DNA of 63,106 nucleotides, counting the filler, from Octopus bimaculoides (lineage: Eukaryota): NCBI RefSeq assembly GCF_001194135.2. It is 3 parts of 3 records of this genome, joined end to end, with 100 filler letters (N's around TTAATTAATTAA, not from the genome) between each part and the next. Parts side by side here need not be neighbours in the genome. Positions count along the whole stretch, not along the records: positions 28,301 to 53,888 come from NC_068988.1; 2 more parts are not named here. One strand, given 5' to 3'. Position 1 is the first letter of the stretch; every line of letters starts with the position of its first letter. Of the stretch, positions 38,627 through 53,079 are shown one piece after another. The notes under the pieces were generated by a model, which did no database searches, was not told the DNA's origin, and saw only the letters and a program-made list of their open reading frames with translations. The translations under genes and the position numbers were made by a program.

Positions 38627-40634
38627 TTATTTATTTACGTGTAGACAACTGGATTGTTGTGTGACGGATTAAAAAGATTAAAATAAACGAAATACGTATG
38701 TGGTAAGTCCTACTTGTCTATCTTCTATTTAACTTATATTTTCATTTCCTTATTCTTCCTTTCCTTCGTGTCCCGCTATATAAATTTTCTTCTCTTTGCC
38801 TTGGTTCATGTACGCAGACACACACTCACACACGTGCCACACAGTCACCACGCACTCAAACACAAAAGCACAGACACACAAACCTAAACATGTTGCATTC
38901 TTTCCTCCGCATGTGTACGTGTTTTCTTGTCTGTACGTGCAGAAGCAATCGTTTCTACGCTTACGTAGCTGTTTGTATATGCATGTGTTTGAATATATAA
39001 TCAAATACATAATAAAAAAGATATTTTACAGATGATAGATAATAATGCATGACAAAAACTTAGTATAAAAGTATTCAATAATATAACCATGATTGTACAA
39101 TATAATTTTGGGAATATAAATATGTATATGTTAAAACTCTTAGTGTATATGAAATATTTGTAGGCAGCATTTGCAAAATAAACAAAAGCAAAATGTTTTT
39201 AATAGAATTATTTATATTGTCAATTTAAACAAATGTATTACATTAGACAATGAATTAATATATTATTTACAGTTTTCTTTCTGTCTACATCATGTATTTC
39301 TTTGGTCGTTCAATGTCCGATTTATGTTTAACGATATTAGAATAGGCAAAGTAGTTAGTTCTAAAACCTCTATAAGAGATTCAAGTGGTAACTTTACTGA
39401 AAAGTAATGTTTGTTGCCACTTCAGTTTGGCTGTTCCATACAGAACTATGTTACTACATTTTAACCCTAGGAAAACATCTTTTACAGCTTGTTAATGATA
39501 CACAATTTGTGTCTGATATATTGCGAATAAAGGAGCTAACCACACCACTCCAGCGTGGAAAGTACCTATCATTAATTGAAATTTCTTGTAGATGCGGCGT
39601 TTATATTTAACTCTATGGAGAGAATACTATTTCTGGGGATAGTATGGAAATGAACTGATGTTTAGAGTTCCTTGTTATGTGTCAGTTTACTTGGTAAAAG
39701 CAAGGCATAATAACGGAAATAAGTTGTCCGATATGTTTTAATATTTTAGAAGTTCTATATCTCCCTTTGAGAGTAATCTCGATTTAATGTCAAGCAGCTA
39801 CAATTCTGTGAAAATAAGTTTTTACACGTGCCAAATCTGACACTGTTTTTATTGATTGTGTAACATTTTATAAAACCTAATGCTATCCATTTTATATTTG
39901 ATGGTGTTTTAGGTGTCTTTAAATCCAAAACCACTTCGATATCGTAGCTGCATTTTCCTATTCTCTTTTGAGGAAGATGTGTATGTGCATAAAATGTTAG
40001 GCGAAATGAATTATCCATTAATCGTGTAATGTAGCATAAATCTGTGAAAAATAAATTTATTGACCTTCAAAAATCTTGGTCACAAATCGCACATTGTATC
40101 TTTGCTTGTACTTACTTTGTCAGTCCGATGTACTAAGTATTGAAAACTGTATTCTTTATTTTAGAAGATTAAGTTTCAAGAATTCTGTAATGTGAAAGTG
40201 TTAACTAGCAGAATGTAACTTTTAGTAGTAATTTTCATGAAAAATTCATGACATTTTATATTTAGGAGGCAAATGTTTCAGAAGTTAAAAAAAAAGTTTG
40301 GCAACACCTGTTAATGCCCTTGAATTAAACGGTGGATTATAGCAAATAGGTGATTTATAAAACAGAAGTGCTTTACAAAATCACTCAGACATATAACACA
40401 AAATTTAATAAAAGATATTTCCTTTTAATTGGTTGTAATTTCGATTTTACTTCACTCTTAAAACTAGTCCTACTTGAATTCAAGTAAATTTAAGCATACT
40501 AATCACCGTCGATAATATATTTAAATTTTGTCTTTTATAAATTAAATATATGTGTACATATGCGTATGTAAGTATATGCATGTAAGTTTGTGCATATGAA
40601 TGTTTATACATATATATATATATATATGTATATC

Positions 40635-42490
40635 TTGACATCGTTTCTCTGATGAAGATTAGGAAGGCTGTTGTTCACGACGTCTGCCTGCTCATTCATG
40701 GCTGATAATGACGCCGATGTGGGATCGACATATCCTATTGCAGTGATGACAGCTGTATGGTTCAAGCAGTACTTGTAACGATTCCTTGGTGCTCTAATGT
40801 TGCGCTGGCCAGTGGTGAGCTCACTGTACATGATGATCTTGGGTAGGCGGTGGTCTTTCATCCTGTCAACGTGCTCTGCCCAGCGCAGTCATGTCTCAAG
40901 TAAAATGGATTCCAGGATGGTGACCTTTGCTAGCTCGAAGACTTGTGTTAATGATGTAGTCGCTCCAGTAAATGTTGAGGGTGGTGCAGAGCCAGCGTTA
41001 GTGAAAATGTTCAAGAAGCCTGAGATGATAGCAGTAGGGGACCCAAGACTCAGAGCCATATAGGAGAGTCATGAGAATGACAACCCTGTAGACGCTGACT
41101 TTTGTGCTGACCTTAAGATGCTTGTTCCACACCCGCTTGTACAGTCTGCCAAATACTTTTTTTTTATGCCTTTGCAAGTCTGTTGTGAATTTATTTGTGG
41201 ATGCTCATATCTGATGAAATGGTACATCCAAGATAAGTGAACTATTGTATCGACTTCAGTTCTGTTTCGGCAATGGTAATATGGGGCATGCTGTACTCTT
41301 TCTGGGGAGCAAGTTCGTGTAGGACTTCAGTCTTTTGCAAGCTTACTTCAAGCACGGAGAGCTGGGTGGCCTCTGCAAAGCAGGATGTGATGCACTACAG
41401 GATTCTTTCTCTTTGAGCGACAGGTGCGGCATCATCTACAAAGAGGAGGTCCTGGATCAGTTGTGTTTTTGAGAAGCGCCAGGCCATCTGAGCTGCACAA
41501 GGGACACCAGCCTTGATGTGCTGGGCCGTAAACTATCTTGAGAGTTTTGTGGAACACCCTGTAGTCACCAGATTCAGCGCACTGCTGGGTTCTCCGTGCA
41601 AGGTTGGTCCACCACTTATTCTGAGCTTCACGGACTTTGCGCTGAAGAAAGTTGCAGGTTTGGCAAAATGGCGCTTTTTTCTCTGGGCAGGACGGTTGTG
41701 CTAGGTGGGCTTGGTGGGCAAACCACATTTTTAATATTTCCTGGATAAGTACATAGTTTTTGTCAAACCAATCCTTGTTGTTCGTGTAAACCCAAGAATT
41801 TTTGCAGAGGTCTGTAGGATGGCGGTTTTCAGTTGTTCCCATAAGATTTCTGGAGAGGAGCAATTGAATTGATCAAGCTTTGCCTGTAGGCCTACCTGGA
41901 AGTTTACTTTACTTCGTTTAGCTGCAGACCACTAGTTTTGATTGTCTTCTTGTTGGCCTGTCCTCTCATTTTCGTTGGTTTGAGTTTGAAGTGAGGTTTG
42001 AATTTGTAACAGATCAGGCGATTGTCAGTATAGCATTCAGCGCTAGGTATGACTCTGGTGTGCAAACGTCAGACTGGTCTCGCTGGCGCACTAGGACGTA
42101 GTGAAGCAGGTGCCAGTATGTTGATCGAGGATGCTTCCAGGTTGTTTTCAGAGTGTCTCTTTGCGGCAAATGTTATTGGTGATGACGAGCTGATTTTCGG
42201 TGCAAAACTCAAGCAAGAGTCGCCCGTTGTCATTACGATTTCCAATCTCATGCTTTCCGAGGACTTCTTTCGAAATTTCTGAATCTCGACCCACTCGGGC
42301 GCTGAAATTTAGGATTATGACTTTATCATCGACGGGAGATTGTTGGAGGAGCATGCGCAGGTCTGAATAGAACTTGTACTTGTCTGCTGCGTCGGGGAGT
42401 AAACATATAGGGACACAGATTGTGTGTCGTATAGCCAGCTGGGAACGGTGTCTCCTGGGGCTAAACAACAGAAGCATTCGCCCCAAAATG
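40635..42490 (-). mobile_element. RTE-clade (BovB-like) LINE, degenerate, with most of the RT deleted
   Basis: APE: KFYSDLRMLL...DDKVIIL.FSARVGRD...NDNGRLLLEFCTENQLVITN. Linker: DWFDKN...QNKWWTNLARRTQ. RT5: LIQDLLFVDDAA. C-terminal: RWAEHVDRMKDHRLPKIIMYSEL. Many stops and frameshifts. Confidence 0.9.
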
Positions 42491-43189
42491 GGACTGCCGT
42501 ATTAGGTTGGCAAAAAAATCGTTACTTTATAATATTTGTATGTATGTATGTATGCATGTATGTATAAAATTGACAACTCCCTAGTAACCAAATAATGAGG
42601 ATAACTATGATGTTTGTCGTGGGAGAGTAGTGTGGTCGATGGTAAATACTTTTAAACTGAATATGTTATATATTCACCTTAATCATACTCACTCTCAGAC
42701 TCCGTATCACTAAGTATTAATTCTTCGTCTAAGTATTTTATTTATTCATTTAACCAATCCGTTCTAACTTTAATAGTTTATAATTCTCCTGACTTCTCTT
42801 TAATTATTCTCTAAATTTTTAAGCGCTACTTTAACTCTTTAGGCCACAGTCACTCCTTTTAGATTTCCGCCTCTTTCTCTTTTCCTTTTCTTTTTTCTTT
42901 CTGCATCTCTTCTCTTGCCAACGCACTCTAGAGTCACAAAGTAGATCTGCTAGCTTCCCTGCCACTGACCACACTACTCTTCCCCCCCCCCACCATCACA
43001 CACACAAACATCATAAATATCCTCATTATTTGATTCCTGGGCAACTGCTATGCTATCCATTCAATAGTTTGTCTTTCAGATGAATTTCGATGAGAAGGAC
43101 TGTTTGTAATGACCGACCAGGTGAATACATCGAGGCAAACCGATTTGCTATATATGACCCTACCTAATTCATCTATGTTGTTTAGCTCC

Positions 43190-43447
43190 CGCTTCTTCTT
43201 CTCCTTCTTTTTCTTCTTCTTCTTCTTCTTCTTAGTCTTCTTCTTCTTCTTCTTCTTTGTCTTCTTCTTCTTCTTCTTCTTCTTCTTCTTCTTCTTCTCC
43301 TCCTCCTCCTTCTTCTTCTTCTTCTTCTTCTCCTCCTCCTCCTCTTTCTTCTTCTCCTTCTCCTCCTCCTCCTCTTTCTGCTTCTCCTCCTCCTCCTTCT
43401 CCTCATTCTTCTTCTTCTTGTTCTTGTTCTTCTTCTTCTTCTTCTTC

Positions 43448-43481
<34 letters not shown>
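43190..43481. repeat. Long (TTC)/(TCC) polypyrimidine tract followed by (TTA)n
   Basis: Directly visible. Confidence 0.95.
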
Positions 43482-43482
<1 letters not shown>

Positions 43483-44507
43483 TCTTTTTTCTTTTCCTCC
43501 TTCTTGATCCGTCCCCTACATAATCTTTACGTGTCTTAATAAGTTATTCTTATTTATTCATTTATTTATTTANNNNNNNNNNNNNNNNNNNNNNNNNNNN
43601 NNNNNNNNNNNNNNNNNNNNNNNNNNNNNNNNNNNNNNNNNNNNNNNNNNNNNNNNNNNNNNNNNNNNNNNNNNNNNNNNNNNNNNNNNNNNNNNNNNNN
43701 NNNNNNNNNNNNNNNNNNNNNNNNNNNNNNNNNNNNNNNNNNNNNNNNNNNNNNNNNNNNNNNNNNNNNNNNNNNNNNNNNNNNNNNNNNNNNNNNNNNN
43801 NNNNNNNNNNNNNNNNNNNNNNNNNNNNNNNNNNNNNNNNNNNNNNNNNNNNNNNNNNNNNNNNNNNNNNNNNNNNNNNNNNNNNNNNNNNNNNNNNNNN
43901 NNNNNNNNNNNNNNNNNNNNNNNNNNNNNNNNNNNNNNNNNNNNNNNNNNNNNNNNNNNNNNNNNNNNNNNNNNNNNNNNNNNNNNNNNNNNNNNNNNNN
44001 NTATATATTTCATTCGGTATAAAAAGATTTTTGTCTTCTATAGTGTCTTACATATTTACATATACCAGAAAGAAGGTTTTAGGTCGAATACACGTTCCTC
44101 CACAAATATGTCTATCCAGCCATGTGGTAGTAATAACTAAATTTGTAATACGTTGTAAAGAGCTGTTAAAAGCAACTGGAAGCCTAATTCACTACTGAAA
44201 TTCCTATTTTCAATTCAATAGATTAAAATTTCCTGACTGTTTTCAGTGTCATCTACACCAAAATTAGTTATAGTAATAATGATTATTTCCAAAGATATCG
44301 ACAGCACCTGCACACTACCAGCTGTATTTCTCCGATTTTTACGCACATCTTTTGAGTAGTTCCCTCATCACTAACCGCAAACCCTCTCGTTTTATTAAAT
44401 TCACTGCTGGTGAGCACTACCCTCTCCACTCGCACCGATCTTTTTCAAGTGAAACTTGAAAATATTTATTAAAGCTTGATGTAAGGATAGAGTATTAATC
44501 ATTTCAG

Positions 44508-44613
44508 CTTGTTCTACAACACCCACAGAATCTATTTCAACGTTGACACTGGTCAGGGGAAATGCCATGGCTTTACTTCTGCGAGAGATGCATGCATCAT
44601 GCACGAGCTTTGA
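44508..44613 (+). CDS. Candidate terminal coding exon of an unidentified gene, ending ...DACIMHEL*
   Basis: Acceptor TTAATCATTTCAG/ (AG 44506-44507). Phase-2 frame LFYNTHRIYFNVDTGQGKCHGFTSARDACIMHEL, TGA at 44611-44613. 20 of 34 codons end in G/C against an AT-rich background. AATAAA at 45398. Confidence 0.45.
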
Positions 44614-46082
44614 ATCTGCTCACTTGAAAAACTCACTGATAGCAAGGGGCTGCTTTATCGATGATTACTTTAAAGGTGATTTGAATTTTGTCTTCCAGTA
44701 TTTGAAATACCATTTAATGGATTTTCATGAAATTACATTTCAGTAAGCTGTCATTTCAGCTTCATACAGGATTGAGCAAGCTAGTGCTTACATCTAACGT
44801 GATAACATAAATACTGATTATTGTGAAGTTATTTACTATGATAATTCTGAAGCGGAAATTCGAATTCTTGGATTATGCCTTTCCTTAGATTATCTAAACT
44901 ATTCGATCCTATTTGCATTTTTACTTGATATGTCATATCTATACAGGCAAAACATAAAAGAGGAGCTATTTTTGTTAAAGTCATCTAATATACATATATA
45001 CAATCATTTGACAGCTCAGATATCCGGTCTGTCAAATAACTTTATATTCATGCCACGAATACAACTGGGTTATGTCTATTGTCCTAAGATTAGGTCAGAT
45101 CTAAAAGCAGTCTCTTATCAACGTGCTTTACGATTCTTATCTTATTGTAATTTATACTGAAGCGTTCAGAAAAAGCTTGTAATTTGCGGAATAACCCATT
45201 TGTCTTTGATGAATAAGAATTTAGAATAACAAAATAGGTAAACCAAGACTCTGATGGCATTAGAGATTCTATCACAACAAGGTACGATTCGATTAATATT
45301 GTTTAAATGAGTAAGGTCTGTATATTCTACTATATTCTTATTAATTTTCCATCGAATGATCTTGCTAACTAGATCGATCTTACACCTAACAAGGTTTAAT
45401 AAACTATATTTCAGATTAAAAGCAAAGTTAATACGATATCTAAATGTTATATAATCGTTAAGTTTAAATCATGTCTTTCTTCTGTCACCTATATTTATGC
45501 TCCGAAATACATCACTTTCTCCTCAAAGACATTTGTATTACATTATTACTGTGCAGCGAAGTGAATAGATATGCACATATATACCCATAAAGTCATATAT
45601 GTAATATCTATGTCTGTGTACATATGCATATGTATACACAAGATTGCGTATATGCAGGTAGAATATAGGTCTGTCTGCAAATTATATGTGTGTGCATTTG
45701 TGTGTTTATGTGTGTGAATATCTGTGAGTGAGTATGTGCGTGTGTTTGCGAGTATGTGTGTGTGTGCGTGTCTCTGTGTGTGTTGATCGAGTGTATATAT
45801 CTCCAAATCTCCATATTTGTAGACTTGTGTGAATGAGAGTATACATGATGGCAAAACATACTTCAGATTTTCTTATTTTAAGATCGCATAATTGTCTTGT
45901 ATTCGTTTATTTCAAATTGCGTAAATAACCAAACGAGTAGTAATAAAGAAATGAAACTGAAACGAAGCGTGTGTTTGTATTGGCATAATGACCCTCCCAC
46001 AATGGAAACAAAATTTGTCTTAAGACACATCCACATCAAGAATCTTGCAAACCAAATACAAAAGCGATGCATATTTGTGTAT

Positions 46083-46122
<40 letters not shown>

Positions 46123-46351
46123 NNNNNNNNNNNNNNNNNNNNNNNNNNNNNNNNNNNNNNNNNNNNNNNNNNNNNNNNNNNNNNNNNNNNNNNNNNNNNN
46201 NNNNNNNNNNNNNNNNNNNNNNNNNNNNNNNNNNNNNNNNNNNNNNNNNNNNNNNNNNNNNNNNNNNNNNNNNNNNNNNNNNNNNNNNNNNNNNNNNNNN
46301 NNNNNNNNNNNNNNNNNNNNNNNNNNNNNNNNNNNNNNNNNNNNNNNNNNC

Positions 46352-46445
<94 letters not shown>

Positions 46446-48835
46446 AGAGAGATAGAGAAATAGAGAGAAAGGGGAAAGAGATTAGTGTGTGTGTGAGTAT
46501 TCCTTTTTGCGCGGGCGTATGCTTGGGCGTGTGTATATATGTCTGCGCAGTCGCATGAGCATAAGCTCAATCGAGGGCGCAGACATATATACACATTTTA
46601 ATTGTTATACTGGTACTCAGTATGTAGAGAGTGGTGTCACTTTCATTTGATACATCTGTCTTTTTCTGACAAAATTTACGATGGTGCATAAGTGCATGTG
46701 TTGGTTATGTAGGTAATATTAGAAATAGAAAGTCGAAATCGTTACATTTATATCTATTTAAGGGTGTGAGTATAAGTAACTTTATGGCAACTATTCCGGA
46801 TTCTTGGAAGGCATCCATTTACGAAGTTTTGGCAACGATAATATGTGTTTAAATAGAAAATAACTACAGGCAATATAACGATAGGATTTCTATAAGCATC
46901 GATTTGCATTTGTACAATTTGACAAATAATGACGTTACTTTAATTACAGCAATCTATCGGATTGCGAGTTGATTAATATTATTCTCTTTGTGGAATGCTG
47001 CCAAACTAGGAAAAGAGAATGTTCAGATTGTTGTACCACAAATAACAGTGTTAAATTCAGACTTGTCTTAAGGAAAGACAGCAGTAGAGATAACTAGATA
47101 AGAGGGTAATCTTCGTATTACATATCAGCTAGAAAGACAGGTTAATGTTACCTATAAACAAATATAAGATGCATTCGTACGTAACAATCCAATCCAATCA
47201 CTTGCTCTTTCTCATCAAAAAAAATAAATAAATAAAAGTAATGCGTTCAAATACTAAGTTGATTAGACATATTTCACTAGTTATTCAGCTTTACCGCTTC
47301 CATATCTGACAGAATAAATTTTGGTAATAGCAAATTAAATAGTTTCTGGTAGAAATCCAAACAACACATGTGTTGTATGTTCGACAAGATTTTTCGTTTG
47401 GTTTTATATATTTTCTGTTCGATGCATATAAGATATATTGATAATTTGATATACATAAGGATAACTGCGTTTTGCAAATAATATAGCATACTGCATAAGA
47501 TATCCTTTAATGTAACTACAAAATTTCATGTTCAGATCCTGGTACAATCAAAGTTACAGACGTATCATTTCATATTTAACAAATGTAGTAATAGTAACAT
47601 AGTAGCATCGTTTTTATCTGAAATTTGATGTTTTCTAGTCCCAAATTCGAACCGGTCAGGAAGATTTATTAGCAAAGACGTTCCAATGAACCTACCATTT
47701 GTTTATAGACATTGAGTGTACAAGACCGATGCCAGAATATCAATGAAATGATATTTGAGTGTTATTTTTAGCTGATCGATTGAATCTTCAACGACTTCAC
47801 AGTTGGAACTTCCATCTACTCTCTTTTCAAAGACGCATATAAATTATGTTCGCAAGGTAAAACAGAAACAAATAACCCTCACACATTCCACGTTGAGTTG
47901 TTAACGATGTTTTACTAAAACGTTTTAATCGTTTTATTGTCAAAGGCTTTCAGTATGCATTTTCTTATTGTTTCCACTGCAACTACAAGTAAATGTAAAC
48001 AACGCAATGTAACTGATTCCTAAGAAATGTAACAGTGTATGTAAGCCTACGTTTAATTTCAAGCATGTAAACGAGAATTACTCGTAATGCAGATGAATTT
48101 ATTTCTTTCTAGTTAAGGCTCCAACGTATTACCTCTAATTTTATCAAACGATTTGCGAACATCAGATGCATTTCACAATAGCTTGCACATATTTATGTCC
48201 ATACATACAATTACTTGAACGCCACACAATTACAAATTCACGATAACTGAACAAGTAGGCCAGTTTCATAGGCACTCGACTATCTTACATCTACGAGAAA
48301 AGACATGTTAACTTAAATTTATTGATTTTCAAGACGGAAAATTGGAATAAAGAAAAGCATGTTGTGAATATCCATTGAGCTAATGCGACATTTTGCATTA
48401 ATGGTTCTTAATAGTTCTTTCTCTTACGCATTAATGTTCCTAATATAAGCAAAAAGGGAAAAGTACAAACGACGTGCAGTTTTGTACAATATTGTTAGTA
48501 ACCAAATCGTATCTAGCATTCTTTATTAAATATTCTTTAAAATATTTAATAATATAAAGCAACATCAGGATGTATATCATGTAGATTCTTTTGCAGCAGA
48601 GTGCTAAATATTAAGTTTCGCATCACTCAATGTATGTTAGAACTAGGTCACAAAGCACACAGTTCATTAGCATTTCGATAGCTATTACAATAACGTAATT
48701 TGTGATAGAAGCTAATACCGTCCACAACTGCTCAGATCTCAACGATTAGATTTTCCATTTGTGTAATGTGTCATTTCCCTCTCAAAAAAATATTTTAAAG
48801 GCTAAATGTAATATCCTTTCTTCACAAGACAGGAG

Positions 48836-48974
48836 AGCTCAAGTGGTACTTATTTCATCGACCCAAAAAGGGAAGAAAGCAAAATCGAACTCGGCGGAAT
48901 GTGAACTCAGAAGGTAAAAGTGGACGAAATGCAGCTAAGTATTTTAACCGGCGTGCTGACGATTCTGCCTGCTT
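48836..48974 (-). mobile_element. SINE family A, degenerate head and central domain
   Basis: GGTACTTATTTCATCGACCC...CTCGGCGGAATGTGAACTCAGAA...CGGCGTGCTGACGATTCTGCC. Confidence 0.85.
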
Positions 48975-51007
48975 AAATATATTATTAATAACTGTTTATT
49001 TCACACCAGTTATTATTTTTTTTTTCATTTCGTGTAATCGTAGAAATGCGTAAAGATATCTACCGATATCAAAGCATGATTCTAATAACATTTATTGGAA
49101 ACAAATGTATTTTTCAAACGTGTACAGTTAAATTGAACAGTGAAAGAGGGATCATCGGAAAATATCATGCTTCGAAATACTGCGTTGCCAATTATGCAAT
49201 AACAGTAGATGGACAGATAACCAGATCGTTCATGAAAATAATTTACTGTAAGAAAGGAACTTAGAGTCAAATACTTTTAAAAAATGTATTAATAACTCAC
49301 TGTATGAGAAATTTTATCCTTACATCAGCAGTTAATGAATATGAGTGTTATTTACTTTAACATTAACTAAAATCACGAACTTTTGAAAGATGATCGGTAA
49401 TTGTGTTCTTTGTGGACTAGTCAATATATGAATAGAAAAATAAATAATGAGTCGCCCCACACTGAAGAGAAAGAATATTTTGTTTCAGGCGGAACACATT
49501 CTCTGTTGCCCTAATTTTTTTTTTTGTTTTTACCTCACTTTGATAGAACAGAGCGTACATTTCCCATTGCATCGAAATCGTTTTGTTTCATACATACAAT
49601 ATTTTGTACTATGCAGCATCGCATTCATTTGCAATTTGTTTTCTTGCGAAAGATCAGTTATGGTTTCACATTTCATCGGAAAAACAAACACTCATTACTG
49701 TAATATAACAAAGTAGAATTGTATATGAGTATATTAAACCTAAATTAAGCTAAATCATTGCAAAGCGTAATGACACATTACCCCTGGTTTCACATTCATG
49801 TACCGGCCTTATTGATGGTATGTACAGTTAAAAAAATTATCATCAATATCATATCATACTGATTTCACGTTTTGGCACAAGTCTTCGTGGGAGGGGTTAA
49901 GATACCTAATCTATACTTAACTTTCTCGCTATGTCTCTAGGTAAACATTACTAAAAAGGTTATTCAACATATATCAGTCCAGTGTGTGCTTGTTTTCCCT
50001 TCAGCTATTGAAGACTAAGGAGACCTTTAATCACTATCTTCCAAGGAGTGCTCATCTTGAATATTATGTGAGATATTATCCTCCAATAAGTCTTTTTTAT
50101 TTGTCTTTTATAAACCAATATGTTATAATTAAAGAGTAGTTTATCTGAAATTTTAATGAAATCAACTGATTGCTTGGAAGCTTTCCTGATAACTCAGAGA
50201 TATATCAGTTATATGAGATTGAATGATATACAAGATAGCAGCGATAATCGATAGTTGATCAACTTCACAACTGGGAGATAGGACAAATGTTTTGTGGTTT
50301 CATCTAATCTCATATACTTAATAGTCATTATTTGGAAAATTATAAATTGCGAATGATTGGGAAACATGACCAAAAGCAACGGTATCACTGGAAGGGGGAA
50401 ATGTATCCGACTGTAGATAAAAACTGCATGACATTGGCTCATGATGCACTGTAGCCTTACATAGAAAGTGTTTTGTAACATACAAAGGTGTTAAAGACAT
50501 TGATTTAGGTATATATAAATAGTCAATAGGTTTTTAGTTGTGTTGTAGTAAACAACCAACTAACCCTTTAACTGCGACTTAAATTTCAAAGTTATTTCTG
50601 TAATGATGTTCAATACTTACCGAATGTCGCAATAAACTTGGAATACTAAAAAAATTAAAAAATTAAAAAAATACAAACACATCCTTCCATGAACAATAAA
50701 TTGGTATATTAAACTGATTTCCGCAATTAAGGGAATGGAATTTTTAGTGGATATATTTGATTTCGGACAAAAGAGTAGCTGAAATTTCTAGCCTATATTG
50801 AATAAGTGTTTCTCGAACCTATACTTGCAAAAGACCGATGAAATGCATTACATCTCAATCTTCTCTTTTAAATGTATAAACCATCGCATCGTTATGCAAA
50901 AATACTAAATGAGTCCCTCACCACCAAATAAACTCTTTGTCAAATCGCACTAAGATTCAGTTGAAGATACGACACCTCTCTCTGTTTCTTAATGTTATGG
51001 AATCAGG

Positions 51008-51224
51008 TAAGGTGACGACCTGGCAGAAACGTTTGCACTTCAGAAAAATTGCTTAGCGGCATATCCTCCGACATTAGATTCGGAGCTGAAATGCCGACGG
51101 GGTTTGACTTCGCCTTCAATCCTTTCGAAGTTCATAGAATAAGGAAGAGTTGAGCACTACGGTCGATGTAATCGACTTTCGCTTTCCTCCTGAACTGCTG
51201 GCCTAATGTCAAAATTTGAAACCA
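51008..51224 (+). mobile_element. SINE family A, degenerate, tail type 3
   Basis: GACCTGGCAGAAACGTT...GGTCGATGTAATCGAC...CTGCTGGCC...AAAATTTGAAACCA. Confidence 0.8.
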
Positions 51225-51240
51225 GTATGATTGAGGAAGG

Positions 51241-51451
51241 TAAAGGCCGTGAACTGGCAGAACAGTTAGAGCACCGGACAAATTACTTAGCGGCATTTTT
51301 CCGTCTCCACGTTCTGAATTGAAATAGCGTCAGGATCGACTTTGCCTTTCATCCTCTCTGCGTCGATAAATTAAGTACCAGTTGAGTACTGAGCTGAATG
51401 TAATCGAGTAACCCCTCCACCAAAATTGTTGGCTTTGTGCCAAAATTTGAA
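51241..51451 (+). mobile_element. SINE family A, tail type 3, tandem with the previous copy
   Basis: GAACTGGCAGAACAGTTAG...TCGACTTTGCCTTTCATCC...GTCGATAAATTAAGTACCAG...TTGTGCCAAAATTTGAA. Confidence 0.85.
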
Positions 51452-52976
51452 GGAAGGTATGCATGAACGAAACTCTTTTCTTCAATATAATTTTTGGTTT
51501 CAAACCCATGTGAGAAAAAAAGTATATAACACTGAATGTAATGTTGTAATACCTAATATTCTGTTTTAAATAACCTATATATCTGAACCACCTTGTATAT
51601 ATTCGAATGGTATTCACCACAATGTAAGCGACACACTCACAAACAAACGTACTCTCAAAGAGACTAGCAGACATTTTTAGATCATATGCATATACAAATA
51701 CATACGCACATACGCTCTCTCTATCTCTCCTTCTCTCTGCTCTTCTCTTGCACACATTGACATATATGTATTTGAATGTGTTTATAGCTTATACTGACAG
51801 TTACATTTTCAAGAATTACCTTCAGTTATATAGAGATGTAATTATACACACACGTATTTCTATCTACATGTAGCAATCATGTCATAAGACAGAGCAAATA
51901 TTGCAGTGAACAAAAACACACACTCATACCCTGGTACACTAGATACATAGTCAAATGCACACGTGTACGTTTATATAATCATTTCAGACATTATGCACAA
52001 AAAAAGTAAGACAGGAAAGAAGTGGTGTTTTTGTAGGTGTTAGAAATTTTACACACACATACAGGCACACACACGCACACACACGTATATGCACACAGAC
52101 ACAGACACGCACACACATACACACATTGACTACACACATACATTGTTTCAAACCACCTCTATGCTTTGTAAAAGATAGATCATAATCTCGTTTTAGATTC
52201 CAGTTTAGAATATTCGGTACATATTTAAATAATGACTTATGAAAGTAGTGATAGATGTTCTTTAACTGTGTTTTGTTTTCATTGTCTACTAGGTGCCAAA
52301 TGCAGAAGATATATGGATATATTGCATTGTTCATTTATTTTCAAATATGGCCGTCATTATACAAGGAAGCGTAGTTCTGTGATTATACTTTACACGTGCC
52401 TAACATTTCCAATGAATGCAACGTGTGTAGCATCTAATATCATTTTCTTGTCATAGCTTTTTTGTTATAGAAATATCGAAAAAGCTGTCCTTTGAATGTT
52501 TGATAAAAGATCAAGCTCTCCCAGCGATTTCTCATGCGGTGTATTTCATGATTGCATGCTTTCCAACTGACTTCTTTCAGTCAGGTTTCAGTGGCGGAAC
52601 GTGTTTGTTTAAGCAATTTTCGCTGTTAGTGAACTATTTAAATCTATTCTGATAAAACATCGTTTTTAATTACTTCTGCTAAGGGGGAAGCAATTTTTCA
52701 TTTAGAAATATATCGGTTTTCTAGTACGATGAACAAAACTAAATGGTAGCCTGGAGTTAGATTTCGTAGACAAAAAGAGCTAGTTATTATGAAAGCCAGC
52801 GCTGTTATATCACGGTACAATGGAATTCACAATACATAGGCGCAAAGTATAGATTAAATCAACTTCAAAGAAGTCTTTGTCAAATAAATACAATAGGAGC
52901 TGTTCTCAATTTTACTAGACGTCTTCCGTTTCTCCTTCAATCTGCCTCACTCTCGCTCTGTTTATCTGTCAGTCTG

Positions 52977-53079
<103 letters not shown>

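Noticed and set aside
43080-43120. 41-nt segment with a strong acceptor and donor
   Set aside because: Stops in all three frames; at most a non-coding exon, with no evidence for one.
44508-44675. Selenoprotein read-through of the in-frame TGA codons
   Set aside because: No SECIS-like element recognised downstream, and the read-through peptide resembles no selenoprotein I know.
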